Shown here in pieces: positions 38,408 to 51,053 of a stretch of DNA of 64,000 nucleotides (its first letter is position 1; each line of letters starts with the position of its first letter). The stretch is taken from contig OZ237750.1 in assembly GCA_965178125.1 (NCBI GenBank), positions 434,001-498,000 on the forward strand. The letters are read 5' to 3'. Below the pieces are notes generated by a model. The model had not been told where the DNA came from. It did no database searches and saw only the letters and a list, made by a program, of their open reading frames with translations. Source of the stretch: Bilabrum cf. latius. Taxonomy: Eukaryota. The position numbers were made by a program, and so were the translations under genes.

Positions 38408-38910
38408 TTATCCTGGGCTTTTCCTTAACCTTCGCAACCTTCTTCGTCTCCGGTTGCTGCAAGGCCGAGATCCATGGTTAGCCTGCGAAAGTGGCCGAGA
38501 TGACGCTACAGCAGCAAGTTAGTTTCATGAACGAATAAGCGCAAATAGAAAGACAGGAAAACATACATGCGTGTCATCGGTGGCTAGGAAGGTTATCTCC
38601 ATAAGGAAGCAATGTTGTTAGGTGCTCCTCTTTATCAAAAAGTCTGGTGCTAGTCAAAAGGTTCGTCATTTGACACTGAATCGGGGCTATGGATCAGTAT
38701 GCAACATAAACTCACTTTCTTAGGGGATCGCTTATTCCTGTTCAACATTTCCAAGGTCTCTCGCATGGCATCGCTGGGGCTACCAAGGCATAGCACGGAT
38801 TGCATCGTAGATGGCCCAATTTGTGCAGTTCTATGCAATGCCCGCGCTTGAGATGATTGTGCTATTCTTGGTGCAATTTGTGCAAACCTTGCCACCCGTG
38901 TGGCAAGCAT
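38408..38910 (-). CDS. Small mitochondrion-targeted basic protein with KANHGxRP (bL37-like) motif, 89 aa; exons 38910-38716 and 38482-38408
   Basis: Presequence-like MLATRVARFAQIAPR...RALH. The spliced C-terminus reads MLNRNKRSPKK|ANHGSRPCSNRRRRRLRRLRKSPG followed by TAA. Intron 38483-38715 (GTGAGT..CGCAG). Confidence 0.65.
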
Positions 38911-38969
38911 CCTTTGCTGGTATTCGCTTTGTGGTTGTGCGGTCGGAGGCCAGCATAAATCTTGAATAC

Positions 38970-40118
38970 ATGATAGTACGTTACATTCATTACGAAGGTT
39001 CGCTTAAGCTCGGTTTTGCGACAGCTGCAATAAACGCGAAAAGCAGCATTACCATGTCCACCAAGTGGGTTGTGACTTCTTTGGTTGCGCTTGTCTCACT
39101 CTTGCACCGTAATGGGCATGCAGTTGCGGCGATTGGGGTATCTTTGCTGACTGCCCTCTTCGGCAAGATCATGAAGGCCGGCTTAGCGGTCGGACGGCCA
39201 GCAGGTGCGAGATAGAAAGACTACGGAATGCCCTCATCGCATTCACTTATGCTATTTTACTTTGCAGCCTTTGTGTCAAGCTCGGTATTGCTCCGCGGGT
39301 GGAGGCTATCCAGCAGCGGATACCCAGTCCCACTTCCCAGGCTGTCTCGGGGGCGCGACGACGCAGGAATTGTGCACACTGAGCTCATTTGTGGGGTACA
39401 AGATCCTGTGGTTGTTCGCAATGTCGGCGATGAGCGCGGGGAGAGGCGGTCGGTGAAGCAGGAGCTGCTCATGTGCGACCACCTGGACCTGGTTGGTTTC
39501 GTCGCGGGCCCCTCGGCAGACGATGTGCGCGGCATCGTTGGTGAAGCCGCAGCAGATGCGTTGCAAGTACCCGCAGAACATGTTGCGACTGGCCTGGTCA
39601 TCCCGGTGATTGTAGCAGCGTCTGCCCTGTCAGCGTGGAGGATTTGGGCGGGGCTGCACACTCCCGCGCAGGTGTCTGTCGGCGCGTTGCTCGGTTCGAC
39701 CTTCGGCGTGTTTGGCCACTGGGCGGCGACGGCAGAGCGTGGAATCGGTAGGATGGTGGACACGTGGATGCGCGGGGGTGACCCTTGGTCCCTCGGTACG
39801 ACCACTCAGAGGCTTGAGGGCAGCGAGGCGCCCCCCTTGGGCATTGGAGCAGCGGGAATCGGACTGGGACTCGTCCTGGTGGGGCTGGCGCTCGTGGGGT
39901 CGATCGAGAGGACCCTATGCCCTGTGAATTCGACGCATACGGGTTCGGGTGATGAAGGCGGGAGCTGCGGGAAGGACGTGAATCAGGGCCACGGGGAAGG
40001 TGCCGGGGGTAAGGACCGCAGAGAGGATCCGGATGCTGGCACCAGTGGGCCTCAAAAGGATGCAGATGGAGTGGCTCGGGCACCCAGCGGCGTGCGGAGA
40101 CGGCACAAGGCAAAGTGA
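38970..40118 (+). CDS. PAP2-family lipid phosphate phosphatase (LPP-epsilon / dolichyldiphosphatase-like)
   Basis: C1 KxxxxxxRP (KAGLAVGRP), C2 GMPSSH, C3 RIWAGLHTPAQV. TAG 39213-39215 lies between C1 and C2. Start may instead be 39054. Ends at TGA. Confidence 0.85.
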
Positions 40119-40297
40119 TTGTTTATTTTATGGCATTTCAATGCAAGTTCGCGCTTGCTAGTCTCCGGACCAGTGCGACCACAACGTTCCAGCCTCATCA
40201 GGCTTCGTGTGCACCGCACTCACGTGCAATGATCGACCGCCGTCGGTTCGGTTGCAGCAGTCCATCCGCGTCCACCCGGCAGCCGCTCCGGTTCGCC

Positions 40298-43200
40298 ATG
40301 GCGGGCTCTGCGCAAAAAGAGATCATTGTCACGGTTGAACTTGAGCTAGACGATGGCATGCTCGAGCTCAATGTGTGCAGGGGCGAGGATCCTGAGGCAA
40401 GCGTGGACTCGTTCGTGCAGCAGCACGGCCTCGATGCTGATGTAAAGCCGATCCTCCTTGACGAGGTGAAGCGCAATCTTTTAGATGTTGCGCAACGAGT
40501 GATGCCCGCTGTGTCCTTTCCTGTAGAAGTGGCTGACGGATAGAATGAACAGCTTGAAGCATAGGAGGGCGAGGCGTCGCAAGCGGCGGCGGAATCCTTC
40601 CTGCGCTCCCACTCCTTTGATATCACGCCGGACTTTGTTGCAATGCTCGAGGAGCAGATAAATGGTGATAGAATCAAGCATATTCTCGAGTTTGGAATTG
40701 GGGGATAGCTTCGAGACGTCGAGGGAAGCTACGGTAAGGTGTTCGTCCCCATGGGATCCGAGAGGATGCGAGCAATTCACCATTAAGATACCGCGCCACT
40801 CATAATTTCTAGTCTGTTTTCTCGCAGCGCCTGCAGAGGAGCCGGGGGCCGAAAGGGTTCCGCCCCAAGGGGCGCCACCGGGTGGAGGCCCCAACCCTTC
40901 GGAAGACACGAGGAACCCTGCAGATGAGTACGAGCCGGTTGATATCGACGACCCTGCTAGCAGCAAGCGCGACCAAGTAGCTGCAGCTTCTGGAGAGACC
41001 CCCAGTCCGCCCGCTGGTCCGGATGACGACAAGGCCGCCGGGCCGCAATCCGAACCAGACTTCCGGGCGGCATCCGGTGAATTAGCCGGCGCCGCGGCCG
41101 CAGCAGCTGCTGCCATGGCAAATATTTCCTCTCCAGAACCGGCCAGAGATTCAACGCAGGGCGTTTCCCCCCCTCCCTCGTCCGAAGCCGACAAGGAACC
41201 AAAAAAGGAACGTGCTGCCAGTGAGGAGGTGACAGAAGCACCAGCGGATGCACCAGCACCCGAGCCCGCACCAGCACCAGCACCAGCGCCCGAGTCGGCA
41301 CCAGCACCAGCACCAGCACCAGCACCAGCACCAGCACCAGCACCAGCACCAGCACCAGCACCCGAGCCCGCACCAGCACCAGCACCAGCACCAGCACCAG
41401 CACCAGCACCAGCACCAGCACCAGCACCAGCACCAGCACCAGCACCAGCACCAGCGCCAGCACCAGCACCAGCACCAGCACCAGCACCAGCACCAGCACC
41501 AGCGCCCGAGTCGGCACCAGCACCAGCCGCCGAGCCGGCACCAGCACCAGCACCAGCACCAGTGCCTACCCAGGAGCCGCCCTCGTCGCTCAGCAAGCCG
41601 GATGTAGGTGTGGACATGGGGGGGATCGAGAATGACGCAGAGGCGGAGCATGAGCTTGCTCAGTTTGGACTCTCTCCCGTCTCCTCCCCGCGACGGTCCG
41701 CTAGCGATGGCAAAGCACAATCGCCAGGGGGCAAGCAGGAGCAAGCCAGTGGTGCTCTCCGTGACGGTGCTAGCGATTCAAAGGCCGGTGATCCCGCAGC
41801 TGAGACACAGGGCAATGGCAATGGTGCGCAGTCCGCGGACGGTGGAGCTGCTGAAGCGCCATCAACAGAGCAAGCAACGGAGCATGCTGCAGCCCAAGAG
41901 GGTGGCAGCAAGCCCGATGCAGCTGCAGGAACAGAGGACACAAGCCGCGAGTCGAAGACCAAAAAGAAGAAGAAGAAGAGCGGTAAAGAATTGCCCGAGG
42001 GAGAGATTGACCCCACCTTGAGCGGCGAAAGGATCGGACAGATGCACCTGTTCGAGTGGCCATTCGAGGGATGGCCTCAGCCGGATGTCTGCGGGACCTG
42101 GATGCCCCGCAGCATCCGCTTCGCTAGGGCAGAGGGCTCTGCCGCCAGGCAGACGAGCGACGTCGGGCTCCGACGATGCGCCGTGGTGGGTCTAGCAGGG
42201 GCGATGAAGAGGAAAGACATCCGGGATGCGCGGAAGTCGGGCGCAGCCGGCCCGCGTCCTTCGACTGCCGGGCGGGCCTTGCAGCGCAGCAAGGCTGCTG
42301 CGGGCGGTGCCCGCGGCAGCCCCTCACGCGGCACCAGCTCGCCAGCCACTAGGGCGCAGCGCATGCACCCCGACATCCGAGGCAGCCAGCTCAAGCTGCT
42401 GCAGGAGATGACCGGCCTCATCCAGGCCATGGAGTCGTGGGACCCGATCGTGTCGTCTGGGCCGAGGAAGCGCCTCACCTACACCATGGAGGCCAGGGAA
42501 CAAGGGTGGTGGGCCTCCCAGGCACTCATCTTCGAGGCACCGAGAGGAAACGCGTGGTACAGCTCGCCCGACGACTGCGGAGCCACCAGGTTTGGCTGCT
42601 ACCGACAGGACCTGGTGGAGCCGCTGGGCCTGCAGAGGGACCTCGCTCGCAAGGAGAGGGACAAGGCAGCCGGAGCAGGTGGGGATGACAAAGGTGAAGC
42701 GGACAAGGACGGTAGAGAGGAGGAATAGCCGTCTGTAGAGGAGGGTGCTGGTGGTGCGGCCGGATCTGAGGACGGGGCGTCGAGATCGACTTCGCTGCCC
42801 ATGCAGCCCCTCGTTCCCGTGGACCTGCTGCTGACTTCGCCTGCGATCGGCATGTACATCTCGGAGTTCATCAGCGTGAACACGGGCAGGGGCGAAGAGA
42901 CGGTCGAGTGGTTCGAGGATGATGTGCCCTACGGCCACGGCCTCCAGGGGAGTGCCATCGCCGTGCAGAAGATTCGCGTGCCAGGCAACCAGCAGACGCT
43001 GACCAGCATGATGCAGCCCGAGTTCGCCCAGGCCTTCATCATGCCGGGTGACATCGTGGTGGCGTGTAACGGGACCCCCATGAAGAACGCCCCTGACACC
43101 GTGGCGGCTCTGTCCCGCGTTGACCTGGCTATATCCAGGGCCACAACGGAGGCACCCCAGTCCATCACTCTTCTGATGCCAAGCGAGAGAGCCAAGCGGG

Positions 43201-44930
43201 CCATGATCTGGCAGAGGGCGTGCGACCTCTACAACCACCTGGAGAAGATCGGCGTCAACGTGACCGACCGGCCCTCCCCCCCGCAGCGTGGAATCCCCGC
43301 CCCTGCCAGTGCGAGCAGCCGCCGGCCGTGGGGCAGGAAGGAGCTCCCGCCTGCCAGGCCCTCGCCGGTGTCCTCGCCGGCTGGCGGTCCCGTCCGGAAG
43401 CCCTCGCCCGTGACCAGGCCTGGGTAGTACCGGGCGACCAGGGAACAAGTGGGCCAGTACGGCTCGGTGAAGCTGCCTTCCCCCGACGGAGAGCAGACGA
43501 TCGTTGGGAAGGTTGTGGTGCGGCGGACTAGGGAGGGCGGAGAGGTGGTCGACGTGCAGGTGAGGGAGGGTGCCAGCCTCGGGGTCGTCTTTGCAGCCTT
43601 CGACAAATCGGTGCGTTCGAGAGCCGAGAGCTCTGGCGCGGCAGCCACGGGTGCTGGAGACGACGCCGCACTCGTCACGGAGTTGTCCGGTCTCACGGGG
43701 CTGGCGGCGGTGGCGGAACCGTCGGCGCTGACTAGCAACTTCGACACCAGGCTGGAGGTGACCCGCAAGGCGCTGGTCGTGACCCGCGCTGCGTCGGGCT
43801 GTCCCGGCGAACACGTGGTTGCGGCCGGTGACGTGCTCGTCCGGATCGGGGGAACAACCGCGGAGGACCTGTGCAGAACCGCGGCCCAGCACGCGGACGG
43901 TCCCCTGGCCGCCCTGAGGAAGGGGCTGATGCGGGCCATCCGCGCCGGCACCATGCAGACAGCCACTGCCTCGGGGGACAGGGTCAAGGTGGTGACATAC
44001 AGGTTCAAGAGGTTTCCTGGAGATGCGCTGGCGCTGCCCACCGCCGCCTGGGATGCAGCTCTGCCTGCCCCTGCTGCTCCTGCTGCTGCTCCCGGCCGAG
44101 GGACGGGTGCCGGGGCTGATGCCGGTTCGGAGGCAGCGGTGAACGAGGACGGGAGGCGTGAAGTGCCGAGGCTGCTGCTGGACAGAGTGCGGGCAGGTCT
44201 CATTAGTACGGGGGGCAGACAACGGCAGGGTGCATCGAACGGCGGTGCAGCGGGGTACAGGCCCGGTGAGGAAAGGTCGGTTCGTGGCGGTGGTGGTGGT
44301 GGCAGTGGGGGTGCATCGAACGGTGGTGCAGCACCCGCCGGCGGTCGCAAGGGCACCCGGTAGCCCCAGCGCACGGGGCGCAACCCCTCCCGCATGCCGT
44401 TCAACTCGCCCAACCCTCCCGTCGGTGTAGGTGGTGCTGGTGCTGGCCCTGCCGTCCCGGCCGCGATGTCGGCGGCGATGTCAGGCGGGGGGTCAAACCG
44501 GAAGAGGAGGGCTGGAGCGAGGCGAGCCCTCATGGCTGAGCCTGCTGGTGCTGGTGCTGGTGCTGTTGCTGATGCTGGTGATAGTGCTGTTGGAGGGGAT
44601 GCCACTGGGGTTTCCACAAGCCGTGGTGGCGCCGCGGGGCCAAGGTCTTCAGGTACCCTCGAGGCCCGTGTGGTGGGGGAGGTCATGCCGCCTCCGCTGC
44701 CCTCAGACCAGCTCACTCCATCAGGAGAGGCCCAAGGGGCTGCAACTGGGACTGGGTTCTCGCCGGCGGTAAATGGCGGGTCCTCCTCGGGTGGTGCCGA
44801 TGCTGGCGAGGCTGGCTAGGATGGCGTGGGGCCCAGCCGGGTGGATGGCGAGAACCTTGATGACCACTCCGACATCCTGGCCAGATCGGCTGCCGCTGCC
44901 AGTGCTGCGGAGCAATCGCTGTCCAAGTGA
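40298..44930 (+). CDS. ~1,512-aa protein with tandem PFU-like N-terminal repeats, poly(Pro-Ala) linker and two PDZ-like segments; exons 40298-40733 and 40828-44930
   Basis: LNVCRGEDPEASVDSFVQQHGL and LEAQEGEASQAAAESFLRSHSF repeats; IMPGDIVVACNG and VAAGDVLVRIGG PDZ-like motifs. Same-frame ORFs are joined by 7 TAG (40541, 40562, 40706, 42726, 43425, 44361, 44817). Ends at TGA 44928-44930. Domain names are tentative. Confidence 0.6.
41250..41562 (+). repeat. (CCAGCA)n tandem repeat encoding ~50 Pro-Ala units with PEP/PES variants
   Basis: Directly visible hexamer array inside a CDS. Confidence 0.95.
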
Positions 44931-45178
44931 AGCGGCTCAGCTCGGCGAGTTAGTGTGATGATTATCCTGCTGATGTTTCTGATCGTGAACTTCTGTCCCC
45001 ACATATGATCGGTTTCATCCCTGTGTCTTTGCCTTACGAACACACACTTGTTTAAACACATTCGAACATGTCTCTTTCGGGACTAGTGAACCTCATCCCG
45101 GGCCCGGGATGGATCGCTGACCCCATCGAAATTCAAGTAGTCTTCTAGTCCGCGTTCGTCGTACAGCCTGGGTTCCGC

Positions 45179-47962
45179 ATGGGGAAACAAGTAGCACTTT
45201 CCGGTTTCAAAACACCAGATCAAGATGATGACCACCGGGCTGCTGGGTCTATGCCGCAGGACACGGAGCCAACGCTATACTGCCCAGAGGAGTACGGGGA
45301 GTCCGGCGAGGACGAGCTGCTTGCTTTGCCACGCATTCCCTCAGAGTGGATCCCAAGGTCCACTCGCATAGCTGCTAGCTTTGCTGCATCGACGGAGGAA
45401 TCTGATGATCGAATTGCGGCCGGTGTTGTGCGCAGCGCGTCGTCCTCGGTTGCTACCTCCCCTGGACAGCCCTCTGAAGGTGAACCAGTCATTCGCGGAA
45501 GTGATTCGGGGATCGTAGCGATCCTTGGAGAGGTGGTCTTAAGCACGAAGGGCTCGTCGAGTCACGTGTGGCAAGGTGGGATCGTACTCAGGATCGAGAC
45601 TTCGCTGCAGAGCTTCGTGGACACCGATACGCGCTAGCTAGCTGCGGTCGAATGCATCGTGCCTGGTACCAAAGGAGCTGTGGAAGGAACTGCTCGATTT
45701 CCCTTTGTTCTTCCGCTGCCGCGGCCCCTGTCGAGCGCAGTGCACGGCAGCACGGTGGCCAGGGCGCCGGTTCCCACGCTGCGAGGCGTCTCCATGGCCG
45801 TCACGCACGGCCTGGCCGTGGTCGTTCGCCGCCCGTGGTACACGTTCGACATCACTCGGTATTTTCCCCTGCGGGTTGAATCGAGGGGCGCTGCACTCCT
45901 GCGGGAGTGGAGGGGTCTCGAGGCCCGCGTCATCGCTCGGGTGATCGAAGCGAGCATTCGGAGGAAGCAGAGGAGGAGGAGGAGCTCGGGATCTAGTCAA
46001 GAGAACCGAGGCGGCGATCGTGACTCACCAGTAGACGATACGTCCGTGTCTCTGACGCTCGATGACGTCAGGGAGCTACCCAACGTTGTTCTCGTGGACG
46101 ACTGCGGCGGCGGGGTGGTGGCACTCGACTTGGAGACGTGCGCGAGGGGCACGCGGGGGAGCTTCAGGGCCTCTGTGGCGGTCAGGGAACAGCCCAGGGA
46201 ACATCCGATCGTGTGTCTCCGGCTGCGTGTGTGGCAAGAGGAGGCATGCGACGACATCGTTCGAGAAGCCCTGCTCCTGGACGAGGTACTCTTCGACGCG
46301 TGGGGCAGGAAGAGATCTTTGCTGCTTTCGAGCGACGACGCGGATGAAATCGGCCCTGGGAGTGGGGGTAGCGAGCTTGAGGATAGTGGAATGGAAGATG
46401 AAGACGGGGACGATGGCGGCTTGGGCCCTGGCGAAGATGAGGGCGAGGATGCCGGCGGTGGCGGGTCTCCATCGCTGCCCAGCAAGTCAGCCAGCCGACT
46501 CTCTCGGCCACCTCGCCGGCGGGCGTTCAAACCCATGCACGGTACCAAAGAATTCACCTTTGGATTTCCCTTGGAGATGCTGGGGCTATTGCCGACCGTG
46601 ATCTACAAGCCGCCGCGCCACCTGCGAGATGACAACGGTGACAATGACACTACAGCTGCACCCGGTGCCAACCACCGCATGGGACGGGGACTAGTGGGAT
46701 CTGCAGAGGGCGGGACGCCTGCGGTGGATCTAGATGAGAGCGACCAGGAGGAAGAGGGGGGGGAGAACGGCACCACACACGGCACGGTGACTGCACACCA
46801 CACTGCCATCGAAGTGCCTCACGCCGAAATGGTAGGGGATCACACCGACGACGAGGAAGACGATGCCGCAGGGATGCGGGGAACAGGCAGAGCGGGACCA
46901 GGGCCAGTCGGGGCGCAAACAGCTGCAGGAGCAGGAGCAATCGTGTCAGCAGGCATGCAAGCGGCAGCACCCGCCGGGGGGGGGCCATCTGGTTCCCTGG
47001 AAAACACGGTGACTTCCCAGACGGCTTCCTTGCAGGGCGACTCACGGAACAGTGGGGAGGGGGAGGCGGACTCGAGAGTTGCGGTCGGGGCCGGTGCTGG
47101 CCCGGCTTCTGGTGCTGGATATGGTGCAGGTGCTGGTGCCAGTCGACCGGTCCACATCGACGACCCAGACGAAGAGGTCAAGGAGTTCGAGGAGGAGCTG
47201 GCCGCCGACCTTCAGGAAGAGCTGGGTCTGGATGCGTGCTCCTTCAGCGTGCGGACGTACGCCAGACTGGACGTCTACTGCTGGAAGGCGCCCAAGGAGG
47301 AGAGGCAGCGCATGAGTCGGTGGAGGAGGCAGAGGCGGCGGCTGGTGGCGATCACCAAGGGGCTGGAAGAGGGCGACCCGGAGGCTGCAGTGAGGCTGCT
47401 GCGCAAGGATTACAAGTACGGGGCCAGGCCACCCGTCGTGACGAGGTTCCGCAAGACAAAAATGCGCGGCGCCGTTATGGAGCAGGCATGGGAAGGGGTG
47501 CAGAAGGAGGTGTTCAGCCGCAGCTGGGGAACACAGGAGGTGCTGGTGGCGGAGGCGGTAGACGGCGCGGTTGATAAAGAGAGCGACGATGAAGAGGGCG
47601 AGGATGATGGGCATGTGGATGTGGATGGCGGGTCAGGTGGTGCACGGCATGTTGGTGCATCATCGGGGGCAGGTGCAGCGCATGCGGAACAGGCAGATAA
47701 GCCCAAGGTTCCTCCTCTGCGGTCTGGTGGAGTGCCGGGGGGCCGGACGAGGCCTGCGATTTCGTTCGTGTCTGCCAGTGGCCCGCCTCAAAGGGCCAGG
47801 GCAGCGGGGGTTCCTGGCGGCCGTGGGTTGGTTGCGAGCCAGCTGTCCGGATCGTTCACCCTTGATTCCATGGGGACGGGCAGTTATGGTTCGTCTCTTA
47901 TCGTTTCTTCGGCGGAGGCTTCGATATATCCGAGCAGGGAGGAGCATTCGGGACACGAGTGA
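45179..47962 (+). CDS. Vps26/arrestin-fold-like protein with long acidic low-complexity insertions, 927 aa
   Basis: GEVVLST...GIVLRIE...RFPFVLP...PTLRGVSMAVTHGLAVVVRRPWYTFD beta-sandwich pattern. TAG 45635-45637 joins two same-frame ORFs. Ends at TGA. Confidence 0.55.
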
Positions 47963-48138
47963 CAGGTTGGATGGGACGTGCGAGAGTATTGCAGTGTTGT
48001 TGCTCGTACAGATGGCAGTTTCATGCTTGCAACCCCTCCCTCAACAAATAAGCAAACAAATGCATGCCGCCGCTCGTTCGTTTAAACCTTGCATGGCTTC
48101 CGAGGAATCCCCGCTCGCTCAGGTTGTGTGCGACCAAT

Positions 48139-48501
48139 TCAAGTCGAAGCTGCCTCCTACTCGGCAAGTAGCTTCTGGACTTTATCCGTCAACTTTTGCA
48201 CCTTCTTGAGAGCTGCTTTCTCGCCCATACGCATGAGCACTCTCGAAAACGAGAGCCATTCGGCTAAATCAAGCTGCTCGTTCGAGTCCGAATCTGCTTT
48301 TCGTATCTACCTCCTTGCCTCTTCTTTCGTGACACCTTTAAGTCCCATCGCGCGAGCAAGCAAAACAAATTCATCATCATCTAGCTCTCCGCTGGAATCC
48401 TTATCCAAAGCGTTGAAGAGCTCCGTCAGCTTCTCTTCCACCGCAGGCGAGAGCTCTGGTAGTTCGGGCTCCGCTTCAACTCTATCACCGGCAGCTGCCA
48501 T
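48139..48501 (-). CDS. Two-EF-hand calcium-binding protein, ~120 aa (an upstream exon is possible)
   Basis: EF loops DKDSSGELDDDE and DSDSNEQLDLAE; the second lies beyond TAG 48307-48309. A further TAG occurs near the end; stop is TGA 48139-48141. A CGCAG acceptor-like site sits just upstream of the ATG. Confidence 0.8.
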
Positions 48502-48898
48502 CGTACCCTGCGGGAAACAGTCGCATACGTAATATTCTGATACTCATCGGGGCATCGGCATGTTGCGGTGGGTCTGCTCGAGGGAGCCTTGCGCTGTGGG
48601 TTGTGGCTAGTTGCACCACGAATTGGTGAAGCCTCGGACTTACGTGCAAATGCAAGCCAGCAAAGAAAACAGTGCACTGAGAAAAGTGAGTTTGCCTCGG
48701 CCAGTGTCTCGCTCGCTGTTCAGAATAGTCTGGTGCCGATGATAATGCGACTACCAGCGGTGAACCTTCGCAGCCGCGGTCGCTTCAGCTGTGAGCTCAT
48801 TAGTGGTCGCACAGCAACGTCAGCGAAGCCCCCAAGAATTGTGTGCACCGGCACGCTGGCAGAACTCATCTATCATCATCAGTCAAAGGAGGCGTCTT

Positions 48899-50544
48899 TC
48901 ACAGACTCTTAGGCGCATCGTCGTCCCCCTCGAGCTCGTCCCCGTCACCGGACGGCCCGACCGGTCTCCCCGGATCAGCGCCGGGGCCCGCGCTCCCCCC
49001 GAGGGCAGACCCCATGGCCGCCACCGCCGCGGCTTCATCTCTCCTTGCGGAGGAATCGTAGCGCGGGTCTACCAACGGGGGCGCGCCGCCAGCCCCGGTC
49101 GCTCCCAGGTTCGAGACCCGCCTCGCCGCCAGCCGGTCGTCGGCCTCGGCGTCGCCCGCGCCGCCCGAGGCCGCGCTCTGCGCCATGTCCGACTGCCCCT
49201 CGAACGTGAATCCCCCGAAGCTGGGCGGGGTCGCCCCCGTGGCATCCTTGAGCTTCGAGTCCATGGGGGAGGGCGTCACCGCCGGGTTCTCTGCAGTGAA
49301 CTCGGGTGCGATCCTAGAGGTGTCCTCCGGTCCCTTGACCCCGGGCTTCCATGGGGGAGTGACGTCCTTCTTCATGAGCTTGTCCAGGTCCAGGGAGGCG
49401 TAGAAGGGGTGTGCGAGCACGTCGTCGCCGCTGATCCGCTTGGAGGGGTCTCTCTGCAGCAGCTTGGTGCAGAGGTCGAATGCGTCAGCTGACATGGTGC
49501 GGGGCTGGGTCAGGGGCGCGTCTAAAATCTTCCTGTACATGGCCTGGCGGTTGCGGTCGTAGAAGGGGGGCAGGCCCGCGATCATCTCGTAGAGCAAGGT
49601 GCCCAGGGACCACCAGTCCACCCCGTTGCCGTAGGGCTTCTTGCGGAGGATCTCCGGGGCCAGGTACTCGGGAGTGCCGCAGATGGAAGTGATGCTCTCT
49701 CCTTCAACTCCTTCCTTCGACAGGCCGAAGTCCGTGATGCGGATGTGCCCCTGCGACGCAAGCAATAGCAACGGAACGGAAACACCTGGAGAAGATGAGG
49801 ATACGAAGGGAGAAGGAAATACGAGTCGCCAGGGCGCGTGCCGGGTCCAAGCGGTCTCACCTCAGCGTCCAAGATAAGGTTTTCTGGCTTCAAGTCCCTG
49901 TACACGATGCCTTGCTTGTGCAAGTAGTTGAGGGCAAGGGCGATTTCGGCTGAATAGAACCGTGCGCGGGTTTCACCGAACCGGCCGCCTTCGCTCAGGT
50001 AGTAGTACAGCTCTCCGCCATTGAAGAAGTCGAAGACCATGTATAGCTTGTGTTCGCTCTAAAACGCGTATCGCAGCGCCACAATGAACGGGTGACGAAT
50101 CTAACCAAGAATACGTCTCTCGGACAATGTGTGCTCGTACTGCTTCCTGCGGATCACCATGTCCTTCTTCAGTATCTTCATAGCGTAAATCTTTCCACTG
50201 TCCTTCTTACGCACCTGCACAACCTTGCCAAAGCTTCCTTTGCCGACTGTTTGAAGCAGCATGAAATCATCAAGCGTCGCCTTCTGCACACCCTCCGTGA
50301 ATTTGTCGATCATGTCTTGCTTGATGTCGCCACATTCGCCTCCACTCGAAGCATCGGTCGCAGGTATTTCGCCATCCGTGGTGCTGCCTGCTGGCCCTGC
50401 ATCACCAGCTCCCGGAGACGCACCTTTGGCATCGGCCTATGCGCCAGTTCCGGTCGCTTCTTGTGCTGACGCCTTGTCCGGCTACGCCACTCCCTCTTTC
50501 TTGACGGCTCCTGTCTCGCCGGGTTTCGAGCCTCCCTATCCCAT
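48899..50544 (-). CDS. AGC-family Ser/Thr kinase (Akt/SGK/S6K-like) without PH domain, predicted N-myristoylated, 511 aa; exons 50544-49861 and 49750-48899
   Basis: MG[TAG]GGSK start, [25 protein letters not shown][TAG][31 protein letters not shown], hydrophobic motif FGGFTF. Intron 49751-49860. Five in-frame TAG. Confidence 0.93.
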
Positions 50545-51053
50545 GGTCCTGCTGGAACGCAGTCACACCAGCTTCAGGGGTCAGTTGTGAGACGAGTCTC
50601 GGAACCAACGAGCGTTCTAGCAAAGCTCGTGTAGGCGGCGGCTTCTCTGGGCCAGACTTCCCCAAAAGAGAAGATATGGGTAATAACAATGCGTATTTAA
50701 CTTTAGTAGGCGCAAATCGAGGAGCGCAGAACCGTAGTAACCAAACAAACTGGGTGCACTATTTTGCCGATCACTTCGTGGCGCCGCGCATTGATATCAT
50801 TTGGTTCCGCTTGTCAAGCATTAGCACCGATTAGGGCTCTGTCCGCAGTCAGAAGCGATCAATTCGGCATACAGATTGTTGCGGGGATCCCCCATGATAC
50901 AGTCATACACAAATACGGGACCATGGAAGCAGGAAGCCCCAGAACCACTCCCCCCATGCCGAAATACAAAAGTGCGCCGCGGAGACGCGGCCTTCCGAAG
51001 ACGCCGCGTTCCGCCATCTCGCCATCCTATCATTCCATCGTCTCCAAGCTCAC

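Noticed and set aside
40957-41744. Poly-LV, poly-WC and poly-HQ ORFs (and poly-CP/GQ/LP at 1777-2175); possible CRISPR or telomeric array
   Set aside because: They are alternative frames of simple hexamer repeats inside CDSs, with no spacers and no terminal position.
44227-44332. 24-bp direct repeat GGGTGCATCGAACGG(C/T)GGTGCAGC, and a 13-bp repeat near 63848-63899
   Set aside because: These are short local duplications with no transposon hallmarks.
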